Origin: Thermococcus kodakarensis KOD1
Lineage (GTDB): Archaea > Methanobacteriota_B > Thermococci > Thermococcales > Thermococcaceae
Reading direction: 5' to 3'
NCBI RefSeq assembly: GCF_000009965.1
Contig: NC_006624.1
Span: forward strand, 1,170,001-1,202,000
DNA: 32,000 nucleotides
Shown here piece by piece: positions 18,900-25,813 of this stretch. Every line of letters begins with the position of its first letter. Within the stretch, counting starts at the first letter, position 1. The notes beneath the pieces are model-generated. The model searched no databases. It had not been told where the DNA came from and was given only the letters and a program-made list of their open reading frames with translations. A program made the position numbers and the translations under genes.

Positions 18900-19844
18900 T
18901 TAAAGGCTTATGACCTGCGGAACTATTTCGTGACTAATGTACCTCAGCTTTCCGGCGCTAGTGGTCTTAAGCGCAATCTTGAAAGTTCCCGAACTCTCCT
19001 CACGGAGGTCGAGTCCACCGATGACGACCTCACGGTCGTAATCAAACATAGTCATACCGGTCGGGACGCTGGAAAGCTTATACTGTACCTTGTCCAGCTC
19101 ACGGCTGGTGTTGTAGTCAATCTTGTAAAGCTGAATCCTAGCCGGCCTAGTCCTAACGAGTGCGTACTTATCTACGATGTCAGCTCTCGCTCCGGTGTCG
19201 TCGTAGAAGACCATAAGCGCACGCTTAAGGACTGAACCAACCGGAAGCTCAAAGACTTCCGTAAGCTCTCCGAGCTGGTTAAACGCCTTCTCGATAGCGT
19301 AAACTTTCGGCTCTTCGATGAATATCTCGCCGTAATCACCCGCCGAATAGACGGCGACGTATTCACTCCCGCTCTCATAAACCTCCTTATCGAGAGTTAT
19401 CTTAACCTCTGCATCGCTAAGGCTAACGTTAGTGGCTACGCTGGTGTTCCACTCGGCCTTAATCTGAAGCTGGTCTTTTATGAGTGCGTGAATCTTCCCA
19501 GCATCGAGAACCATGAGGAACTGGACATCCTGAGTCCCACCAGCCGGAACGCTAACCGTATCGTTGAGGCTAAGCGCCTTCCCGTGAGTGTCGTAAATGT
19601 TCAGGTAACCGATGTCAGTTCCCTTAAGTGCGTAGTGAACAACATTACCGTTGCTAACAACTCTTATTTCATTAATCGCCTTAAGTACGTCCTCCATAGT
19701 AACGTTAGTGTCAGAAGCTCCGCTGTTGGAAAGCGTAAGCTTTGTAAGAAGCGCTATGCTGTCAATAACCCCGTTGCGGGGAATATCAACGCTCTTAACC
19801 GTCAGGTTAAGAACGTCATCAAGGGTTTCTTTCACCTTATACAC
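18900..19844 (-). CDS. Candidate major capsid protein (314 aa, beta-rich; possibly double jelly-roll)
   Basis: GTG start with GGAGGTG 6 nt upstream. It is the largest soluble beta-rich protein of the module, lies near the packaging ATPase, and is followed by a T-rich 55-nt gap. The double-jelly-roll assignment is remembered from the literature for TKV4-type elements and cannot be proven from this sequence. Confidence 0.5.
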   Translation of the reverse strand: MYKVKETLDDVLNLTVKSVDIPRNGVIDSIALLTKLTLSNSGASDTNVTMEDVLKAINEIRVVSNGNVVHYALKGTDIGYLNIYDTHGKALSLNDTVSVPAGGTQDVQFLMVLDAGKIHALIKDQLQIKAEWNTSVATNVSLSDAEVKITLDKEVYESGSEYVAVYSAGDYGEIFIEEPKVYAIEKAFNQLGELTEVFELPVGSVLKRALMVFYDDTGARADIVDKYALVRTRPARIQLYKIDYNTSRELDKVQYKLSSVPTGMTMFDYDREVVIGGLDLREESSGTFKIALKTTSAGKLRYISHEIVPQVISL

Positions 19845-19877
19845 GGTTCACACCTCCCTGATTTCACTACCCCGCCT

Positions 19878-19982
19878 TCAGAACTTCCCCTTCAGGAACT
19901 TGTTGTAAACTATCAGGCCGATTATAACACCCAGAACGTTCATGGCAAAGTCCACACTCATTATCTTCTTCCAGTCCTCCAT
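19878..19982 (-). CDS. 34-aa single-TM peptide (below ORF-track cutoff), first gene of structural operon
   Basis: Own translation: MEDWKKIMSVDFAMNVLGVIIGLIVYNKFLKGKF*. GAGGTGGT lies 5 nt upstream. It replaces the implausible track ORF 19867..20061. Confidence 0.4.
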   Translation of the reverse strand: MEDWKKIMSVDFAMNVLGVIIGLIVYNKFLKGKF

Positions 19983-20051
19983 ACCTACCACCTCTCGCAC
20001 TTTTGAGGCCTAACGGCCTCGAGGGAGAATAAGGCTCAATGACTTTTAAGT

Positions 20052-20089
20052 ACTGAACCAAAAAAATGGAGAAATCTCCCGAAACGGGA
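20052..20089 (-). terminator. Junction module copy A: hairpin (20077-20089) plus T7 tract plus GGTTCAGT..TTAAA, read on the minus strand
   Basis: 37 of 38 nt identical to 23108-23145. Lies about 12 nt after the RHH ORF stop. On the minus strand it reads TCCCGTTTCGGGAGATTTCTCCATTTTTTTGGTTCAGT. Confidence 0.4.
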
Positions 20090-20101
20090 AAAACAGTTCG
20101 A

Positions 20102-20269
20102 TTAAACCGTTTTCTCCAGCTTATAGCTCCTGTGATAGAGGTGCTTGATCACCATGCTCACCGACACGTCCCGTGGAGAAACGCCAAGCTCTCTCGCCAG
20201 CCTCTCACGAACCCTCAACACAATCTCCCTCGCCTCTTGGTCAAGGTAAACCCCCACCGGTCTCACCAC
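20102..20269 (-). CDS. 55-aa ribbon-helix-helix (CopG/Arc-like) protein candidate (below ORF-track cutoff)
   Basis: Own codon-by-codon translation: (GTG)MVRPVGVYLDQEAREIVLRVRERLARELGVSPRDVSVSMVIKHLYHRSYKLEKTV*. It shows a beta-strand then two-helix pattern. RBS GGTGGTGA. Confidence 0.5.
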   Translation of the reverse strand: MVRPVGVYLDQEAREIVLRVRERLARELGVSPRDVSVSMVIKHLYHRSYKLEKTV

Positions 20270-20283
20270 CCACTTATCGATGT

Positions 20284-20517
20284 TTAGACATAAAACCCTA
20301 ACGCCAGCCAGACCACGACAGCCAACCCATAAATGTAGCCGACCAGGAACTCGACCACGTCCCCTAGAGTAGCAGCCGGTTTCTCCGATTCACTGATCTC
20401 ATACAGAGTGAACATAACCAAAACTACTAAGCTCCATGCCAAAAGGAACGCCGAAGCAAAGCCAAGGAGAGCATGGAACACCGAACGCCAGTCATCAAAC
20501 AGGTACTCCCTCGCCAT
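20284..20517 (-). CDS. Small membrane protein (77 aa, 2-3 TM)
   Basis: Hydrophobic segments ALLGFASAFLLAWSLVVLVMFTLY and FLVGYIYGLAVVVWLALGFYV. Lies directly downstream of the ATPase gene. Confidence 0.55.
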   Translation of the reverse strand: MAREYLFDDWRSVFHALLGFASAFLLAWSLVVLVMFTLYEISESEKPAATLGDVVEFLVGYIYGLAVVVWLALGFYV

Positions 20518-20521
20518 AGCA

Positions 20522-21223
20522 TCACCCGTAGTGCCTCGTCCTCCTGATGACCAATTCGCGCTTGATCACCCTCACCTTATCCGGCGGAACAAACTCCACC
20601 AAATCGTGCTTTCTCAACTGATCGTTCAACTCAGAAAACCCCGGAATCATCCTGTTGAGGTAAATGATGTCATTCGGAACGTAGTGCTGGAAGATAAAAT
20701 GCCGCTGCGCCTGACGAAAGAGGAGCTTTGGAAAATCCGCTATCGACTGAGTAATCGCCACCGTGTAGAGCCTCCCATCACGACCCTCCCTAAACAACTG
20801 CTCCAACTCCTTCCCCGGCCTCCTCGAGGACGGATTATACCTATGAGCCTCCTCCACCACAATAATCCTATCTCGATCCCGCCTGAACAGCTCATCCAGA
20901 AGAGGCTTATAGTACTGCTCCACAAGGCCGTCCACGCCAATCCTGCTGATAGTCCCCCTCGTAGGGACCACGAGGACCTGATCAAAATCAATGAGCTTTT
21001 TCCAGTTGTACCTCGCACCCACCTTTACCTTGAGCAGCTTAACCCCAGGAAGGGTAACCAGACCGATGTGGTTCTTAACCTTCGTATCCAGCACGATGAA
21101 CCTCCTACCCCTCTCATAAGCCTGCTCAATAAGCCACCCAGCGAAAAAGCTCTTCCCGCTCCCCGTGTTCCCATAGATTAAATCAATGCTCCACGGCGGA
21201 ATATCCACGTCCAGAATCGCCAC
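20522..21223 (-). CDS. FtsK/HerA-superfamily (A32-like) genome-packaging ATPase
   Basis: Walker A GNTGSGKS and Walker B IIVVEEAH, about 233 aa, the size and architecture of packaging ATPases in membrane-containing icosahedral viruses. GTG 21223 is preferred because GGAGGTG lies 5 nt upstream; the track uses TTG 21250. Confidence 0.75.
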   Translation of the reverse strand: MAILDVDIPPWSIDLIYGNTGSGKSFFAGWLIEQAYERGRRFIVLDTKVKNHIGLVTLPGVKLLKVKVGARYNWKKLIDFDQVLVVPTRGTISRIGVDGLVEQYYKPLLDELFRRDRDRIIVVEEAHRYNPSSRRPGKELEQLFREGRDGRLYTVAITQSIADFPKLLFRQAQRHFIFQHYVPNDIIYLNRMIPGFSELNDQLRKHDLVEFVPPDKVRVIKRELVIRRTRHYG

Positions 21224-21246
21224 GATCCCACCTCCAAAAAGAGAAA

Positions 21247-21870
21247 TCAAGAACCAAGGTTCTTCTGAATCTTATTCAAAAGCTCGCTTTTAGGAGGCTC
21301 AGGCTCCTTCGGCTTCGCCTTCTCCCTCAAGGCCTCGGCCTCAGTCTTAACCGGCTTCTCAGGCTCACCCGTCCTCTTCTCACCCCCAGCAGCCGGACCC
21401 TTATCGGCCTTCTCTTTACCCTTCTTCTTCAAAGCACTCCTATACATCCACGTCAGGAGAAGCAAACTCCCAGCACCGACTAGAAGGCCAAACTTCCCGC
21501 TCACCTGGAGACTCTGACCCTCGACCTTCTCCATGTACCAGAGGCCAGCATTGAACGAAGGCCGGCCAACGTCCCACCACAGGGAAAAGTCCACATCCAA
21601 CCCCTGCTCCCTCGCCTTCCTCTCAAGGTTCTTCACGTAAAAATTGGCAAAGATGGTAAGGCTGTGATCCTTCTCCTGGAACTCATCAATCCTCGCGTTG
21701 AACTCCTCCTCAGTCATTAAGCCTGAAGTCCCGGCAACCTCTTCAACCTCGGCCTCCCCCTCATTCAGTAGCTCCTCAACCTCCTCGAGGTCCTTATCAA
21801 CATCCTCGACGAGAGAGGTAATGTCCTTCTCGTCCAGGACGACCTCTTGAGCAACGGCTTCCTCACTCAT
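21247..21870 (-). CDS. Hypothetical protein (207 aa): acidic N-terminus, central TM, Lys/Pro/Glu-rich C-terminus
   Basis: ATG 21870 sits in the junction GGTGATGAGTGA and overlaps the upstream stop. TM segment FGLLVGAGSLLLLTWMY. Confidence 0.55.
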   Translation of the reverse strand: MSEEAVAQEVVLDEKDITSLVEDVDKDLEEVEELLNEGEAEVEEVAGTSGLMTEEEFNARIDEFQEKDHSLTIFANFYVKNLERKAREQGLDVDFSLWWDVGRPSFNAGLWYMEKVEGQSLQVSGKFGLLVGAGSLLLLTWMYRSALKKKGKEKADKGPAAGGEKRTGEPEKPVKTEAEALREKAKPKEPEPPKSELLNKIQKNLGS

Positions 21871-22063
21871 CACCCTCACCCTTAATGACCATTTTCATAT
21901 CAGGTTCAATGGCCTCCTCAAGGTCGAGGAGATACCGCTTAGCTTTCTCAAGGTAAAGAACCGCCAACCCAATCTGCCGTAACGTAGCCTCAGCCTGTCC
22001 AATGACTTCAAACACACAGTCCCCTGTCTCAGAAATCGTTACAATCACCCGCAAATCACTCAT
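21863..22063 (-). CDS. Hypothetical small protein (66 aa)
   Basis: ATG 22063 sits in a second identical GGTGATGAGTGA junction. No motif recognised. Confidence 0.45.
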   Translation of the reverse strand: MSDLRVIVTISETGDCVFEVIGQAEATLRQIGLAVLYLEKAKRYLLDLEEAIEPDMKMVIKGEGDE

Positions 22064-22337
22064 CACCAATCACCTTAAAGCTCGCAACAAGCCTAAGCTT
22101 CCTCTTCTTACCCAGCTCAATCACCAGGGAATTCCGGTCCTCCAGGTGTTTCACCTTCGCCTTGCTGAGGAGAGTCATGACGGCATCCTGAAAGTCCTCG
22201 CTCTCCGGCGGTTCAACGTCAGTCTCATCCAACGCTTCCACCAGGGAATCAACCCAATCACTGAGCCTCTTCACTTTCACGGCAGTAACAGGGTTTGCCA
22301 TCGCCATGGCAAGTTTCGCCTTATCAAACACCCTCAA
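22056..22337 (-). CDS. Hypothetical small acidic protein (93 aa)
   Basis: Tightly coupled between neighbouring genes. Its C-terminus ..KVIGDE resembles that of the next protein (..KGEGDE). Confidence 0.5.
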   Translation of the reverse strand: MRVFDKAKLAMAMANPVTAVKVKRLSDWVDSLVEALDETDVEPPESEDFQDAVMTLLSKAKVKHLEDRNSLVIELGKKRKLRLVASFKVIGDE

Positions 22338-22999
22338 CCCCTCCTCAGGTTCTCCTCAATCTTCCCCAGAACAGGACTCGACCGGACGACCGGCTTGTCC
22401 TCCTCATCCTCCTTAGCGTCCTTCAACGCTCCAAGCCTCTTCAAGTGCCTGAACAGCTCATCGAACCAGCCAACCTTATAGAGATAGTACGCAAAAGCCA
22501 GGCCAATGCCAATAGCGTAAACCTTCCACGACAGCTTAGGCCTCGGCAGAGAAAACCGCTTCACCCTTTCACCCTTCACCTTCTCCCCTTTCGTATCCCC
22601 CGAGTTCACCTGGGGGATTTTGGGTGAATCACCCTTTTTCACCTGGGGATTCTTGGTGATTTCGGGGGATTCACCCATTTTCACCCTATCTCCCCCACTT
22701 TCACCCGGGGATTCTGAGGGATTCCCCTCAACATCCCCCGAAACCACCTTAGAATCACCCTGAGAATCCCCCGATTTCACCCTTTCTCCCTGCTCATCCC
22801 CATGTACCTGCTGAACCTTAAAGCCTCCAAGAAGCTTCTGCTTCTCCTCTTCAGGAAGCTTCAGAAAGTCCTCGTAAAGCATGACCCTCTTAGACCTGCA
22901 AACCGAGCACTGAGGCTTCTTAGCCCTGCTCCAGAACCTATGACCACACCTCAAACAGATGTAGTACTTCCTCTCGCCATCACCCACCGGTCTCACCAC
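22334..22999 (-). CDS. Zinc-ribbon protein with G(D/E)SP-type repeat linker and a TM helix (221 aa)
   Basis: CLRC..(12)..CSVC zinc ribbon at the N-terminus. The repeat region is SGDSQGDSKVVSGDVEGNPSESPGESGGDRVKMGESPEITKNPQVKKGDSPKIPQVNSGDTKGEKVKGERVK. TM segment WKVYAIGIGLAFAYYLY. GTG start with the same RBS and first 6 codons as the RHH ORF. Confidence 0.65.
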   Translation of the reverse strand: MVRPVGDGERKYYICLRCGHRFWSRAKKPQCSVCRSKRVMLYEDFLKLPEEEKQKLLGGFKVQQVHGDEQGERVKSGDSQGDSKVVSGDVEGNPSESPGESGGDRVKMGESPEITKNPQVKKGDSPKIPQVNSGDTKGEKVKGERVKRFSLPRPKLSWKVYAIGIGLAFAYYLYKVGWFDELFRHLKRLGALKDAKEDEEDKPVVRSSPVLGKIEENLRRG

Positions 23000-23100
23000 C
23001 AGAATCCCCCAATTTCACCGGGGGATTTTGAGGGATTCACCCTTTTTCACCCGGGGATCCTGGGTGAATCCCCCTCAATCACCCATTTTCACCCTGGTGA
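22540..23100. repeat. Array of GGGTGAA(A/T)-type repeats in both orientations, spanning coding DNA and the mcm-proximal intergenic region
   Basis: TTCACC(C) recurs about 15 times. 23021-23095 matches 22613-22687 at 61 of 75 ungapped positions (hand alignment). Inverted pair GGGATTCACCC (23032-23042) and GGGTGAATCCC (23062-23072). Confidence 0.7.
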
Positions 23101-23107
23101 TTTAAAC

Positions 23108-23148
23108 ACTGAACCAGAAAAATGGAGAAATCTCCCGAAACGGGAGAT
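23108..23148 (-). terminator. Junction module copy B: 8-bp-stem hairpin (23130-23148) plus T5 tract plus GGTTCAGTGTTTAAAT, starting at the mcm stop codon
   Basis: ATCTCCCG-AAA-CGGGAGAT overlaps the mcm TGA by 1 nt. On the minus strand it is followed by TTTCTCCATTTTTCTGGTTCAGTGTTTAAAT. Confidence 0.4.
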
Positions 23149-25580
23149 CACCCCACCAACTTCAATCTATTAGCCTCAACCTCCGCAACTCTCCCATGAG
23201 TCATAAGATCCCGTAGGACCTGCACCACCTTCTCCTTTGGATAACCCTTCTCCACCATAGCATCCACCACAGTCCCCCAAGGAACCCCATTCGGGAACCA
23301 AGAAGAGGCTTCCCTCAGAAAACCAATCACCCTCTCCTGAAGGTCCAGCACATCACTCGGCACCCCAACCTCGAGGATGGCCAAGTCATACTGATCCGTC
23401 TCAGGATCATACGCAATCATCCTGATCGAAGACTCAAAGAGGTTCACCGCTCTCTCAACATCAACAGGCTCCACCGTCTCACTCAACCTCAGCTTAGCAA
23501 AGGCCTCCGCGATCCTCATAAGGCCATTGAAATAACGCAGATTCAGCGCGATTTTCCCGCTCTTATACTTCTTCCTTAACTCCTTGAAGCCAGCCTTAAT
23601 GGCCTCCTTAGCCTCCTCCGAGAACCTCGGCCTCAAACTCCTCGCATAAACAAAGAACTTCCTCAGCAGGTCCTCAGGTATAGGTCCCGCTGCTCCAGCA
23701 TCGTTCACCTCCATCACGTAGTCCAGGACATCATCCCCCTCCTGGTAATCGTCCAGGACGACAAAAGCCAGGTCAAAGCGATTAAGAAGCGTCGGCGGAA
23801 AGTCAATCTGCTCAATCACCGTCTTATCCCGGTCAAACTTCCCACCCTTTGGGTTAGCAGTCGCCATGATCGTCGTGTCAATCTTGAGGACCACGTTAAT
23901 CCCAGCCTTATTGATCGGGATAAGCTGCTGCTCCATGGCCGTGTGTAAAGCCTTCCGCTCATCCTCTTTCATCTTCTCCAGCTCATCAATAAGGCATACT
24001 CCCCCACTCGCCAGGACCAGCGCACCGCCAACGATCATCCAGTCCCCCTTACTGACCTCGTTCCTCTTAACCGTCGCCGTAAGGCCAACGCCACTCGACC
24101 CGGGACCAGAGGTAAAGATCGCCTTAGGCGCAACCCTCTCCACGGCCCCCAACAGCTCAGTCTTACCACACCCAGGATCACCAACGAGCAAGAGGTGAAT
24201 ATGACCCCTCGGCTTCGCCTGAGTCGGGACGCCACCAACAATAGACACAGCCGCACCCAACTTCTCCCTCTCCAAGCCGTAGAGATTCGGCGCAATCGAA
24301 GAAGCCACCACAAAAGGCAGCTTATCCCCATGCACCCTCGCCAGCTCCCTGACCCTCCTCAGGTCCTCCTCGCTCAGCTCCTCAACCGACATGGCCTTGT
24401 CCAGAACCTCCACATGATTCACCTCCAGAACCCGCTCATAGACCGGAAGATCATCCTTCTTGTAAACACGCTCCCGAACAATAGCGCTCAACCGAACCCG
24501 CATACCACCCTTCAGAATCCCAGCCTGAGGACCAATCACGTAAGCCAGCCTCTCCGACGGCTCACCACCACTCAAATCCTCAGGCGAATCCTGCACTTTG
24601 AAAAACTGGAAGTCCAGCTTATCACTCTCCTCCTCGAGCAGTTCAACGTTCCTCGAACCACAGGCCTCACACCTCTTCGGCCTTACCAGAGGCTTCAAAG
24701 GCTGCTGCAGCCTCGCCATCCTCGCGCCACAGTCCAAACACACGAACACCGCCTTCCTGTAAAACGACCGGACATTACTCACCCCAGTAACTAGACCCTT
24801 GATCTCAACCAGCTTCCCAACATGCTCCGCCCTAACATCCTCAGGCTTCAGCTTATCCCTAAGATTCGTGAAGTGAACCGACCACTCCCCCCTGACCTCG
24901 ACCATCAGGTCCTCCTCAACGAACCGCCTCAAGGCATCGTTGAAGGCCTTGATGGCAACAACAGGACGCTCGACAACGGCCTCCGCCAGCTGAGGCAGGA
25001 CAGCATTAAGCTCCATCCAGTCCACAACAATAAACCGATCCCTCGAACCCGTCAAAGCCTCCGCGATCCTATCCCTGTAAAACTCCCTGAAGAACTCACG
25101 AGCGAGATTCACCAAGTCCTCATGATCCTTAGCCTTGGCCTCCTCCAGCTCCCTGAGCTTAGCCTCAACCTGAAGAACATTCAGAATCTCCTCCACTGCC
25201 TCAGGCTTCAGCTCATAGTAGGTAATGCCGAGCTCCTTGTCCTTCACCTCGAGGACGTTGGTCTTATCACGGCGAAGAACGGATAAAGCTACTTTTAAGG
25301 AACTGTGAGTATATGGCTTAGGTAAATGGCTGTTGTATTCTTCCATTATCTCCTTCAACTTTGTTAAGCTGAGTCTCCCATTGGTCCAGAGAACATAATA
25401 GGGTAGGGCTTCAACAGTTCTTTGTAGATTAAACGCTTTCTGGATTAGGTTTAGAAACTCGATTACATTCCGATACTTTTCGGTTACCTCAGTTACATTC
25501 CGATACATCTCATTTGTAACGCCAGAATTGTCTTTATTTTCCGAAATCTCGCCTGTAACGTCTGTAACTTTTGTTAACAT
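23148..25580 (-). CDS. mcm: MCM replicative helicase homolog with extra N-terminal winged-helix-like extension
   Basis: Zinc motif CLDCG..CEACG, Walker A GDPGCGKT, Walker B CLIDELEKM, arginine-finger region LLNRFDL, and a C-terminal winged-helix-like tail. 810 aa. Confidence 0.9.
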   Translation of the reverse strand: MLTKVTDVTGEISENKDNSGVTNEMYRNVTEVTEKYRNVIEFLNLIQKAFNLQRTVEALPYYVLWTNGRLSLTKLKEIMEEYNSHLPKPYTHSSLKVALSVLRRDKTNVLEVKDKELGITYYELKPEAVEEILNVLQVEAKLRELEEAKAKDHEDLVNLAREFFREFYRDRIAEALTGSRDRFIVVDWMELNAVLPQLAEAVVERPVVAIKAFNDALRRFVEEDLMVEVRGEWSVHFTNLRDKLKPEDVRAEHVGKLVEIKGLVTGVSNVRSFYRKAVFVCLDCGARMARLQQPLKPLVRPKRCEACGSRNVELLEEESDKLDFQFFKVQDSPEDLSGGEPSERLAYVIGPQAGILKGGMRVRLSAIVRERVYKKDDLPVYERVLEVNHVEVLDKAMSVEELSEEDLRRVRELARVHGDKLPFVVASSIAPNLYGLEREKLGAAVSIVGGVPTQAKPRGHIHLLLVGDPGCGKTELLGAVERVAPKAIFTSGPGSSGVGLTATVKRNEVSKGDWMIVGGALVLASGGVCLIDELEKMKEDERKALHTAMEQQLIPINKAGINVVLKIDTTIMATANPKGGKFDRDKTVIEQIDFPPTLLNRFDLAFVVLDDYQEGDDVLDYVMEVNDAGAAGPIPEDLLRKFFVYARSLRPRFSEEAKEAIKAGFKELRKKYKSGKIALNLRYFNGLMRIAEAFAKLRLSETVEPVDVERAVNLFESSIRMIAYDPETDQYDLAILEVGVPSDVLDLQERVIGFLREASSWFPNGVPWGTVVDAMVEKGYPKEKVVQVLRDLMTHGRVAEVEANRLKLVG

Positions 25581-25658
25581 CTCACCCTCTCTCTCTCACT
25601 CATTCTCTCTCCCTCCCGCATGATTTTGAAAGATTTTTGCAAAGAAAAGAAAGCATGG

Positions 25659-25754
25659 TCAGGACCTCTTCATCTCGTCCCTGAGCAGGATCCCGAAGGA
25701 GATCCCTATCATGCTCCCGAGCATGAAGCCGAAGAGGAAGAACACCCAGTCCAT
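25659..25754 (-). CDS. 31-aa single-TM peptide upstream of mcm (below ORF-track cutoff)
   Basis: Own translation: MDWVFFLFGFMLGSMIGISFGILLRDEMKRS*. GGAGGTGA lies 7 nt upstream. Confidence 0.35.
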   Translation of the reverse strand: MDWVFFLFGFMLGSMIGISFGILLRDEMKRS

Positions 25755-25813
25755 ACCCTATCACCTCCGAAAGGGTTAAGTCCGCAAAAACCGAAAGGGT
25801 GTCGGGTGGTAGA

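Noticed and set aside
19867-20061. Track ORF of 64 aa (MVQYLKVIEPYSPSRPLGLKSARGG..) upstream of the capsid candidate
   Set aside because: It has no RBS, an odd composition, and spans the junction module and promoter. A 34-aa TM peptide in another frame (19878..19982) has a GAGGTGGT RBS and fits the gap.
23000-23100. Reading the two in-frame TGA codons upstream of ORF 22334..22999 as selenocysteine or programmed read-through, giving a longer protein
   Set aside because: There is no SECIS-like structure or other recoding signal, an in-frame TAA lies further upstream, and a good RBS plus GTG start sits at 22999. A decayed duplicate or a DNA-level repeat is the simpler reading.
20408-25286. Long plus-strand ORFs antisense to the ATPase, zinc-ribbon and mcm genes (20408..21181 257 aa, 22002..22481, 22295..22627, 22802..23173, 24195..24794, 24822..25286)
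   Set aside because: Their products are P/R/L/H/N/Q-rich low-complexity strings with no RBS. They arise because the plus strand here is C/A-rich and poor in T and G, so stop codons are rare. The opposite-strand genes carry clear Walker, MCM and zinc motifs.
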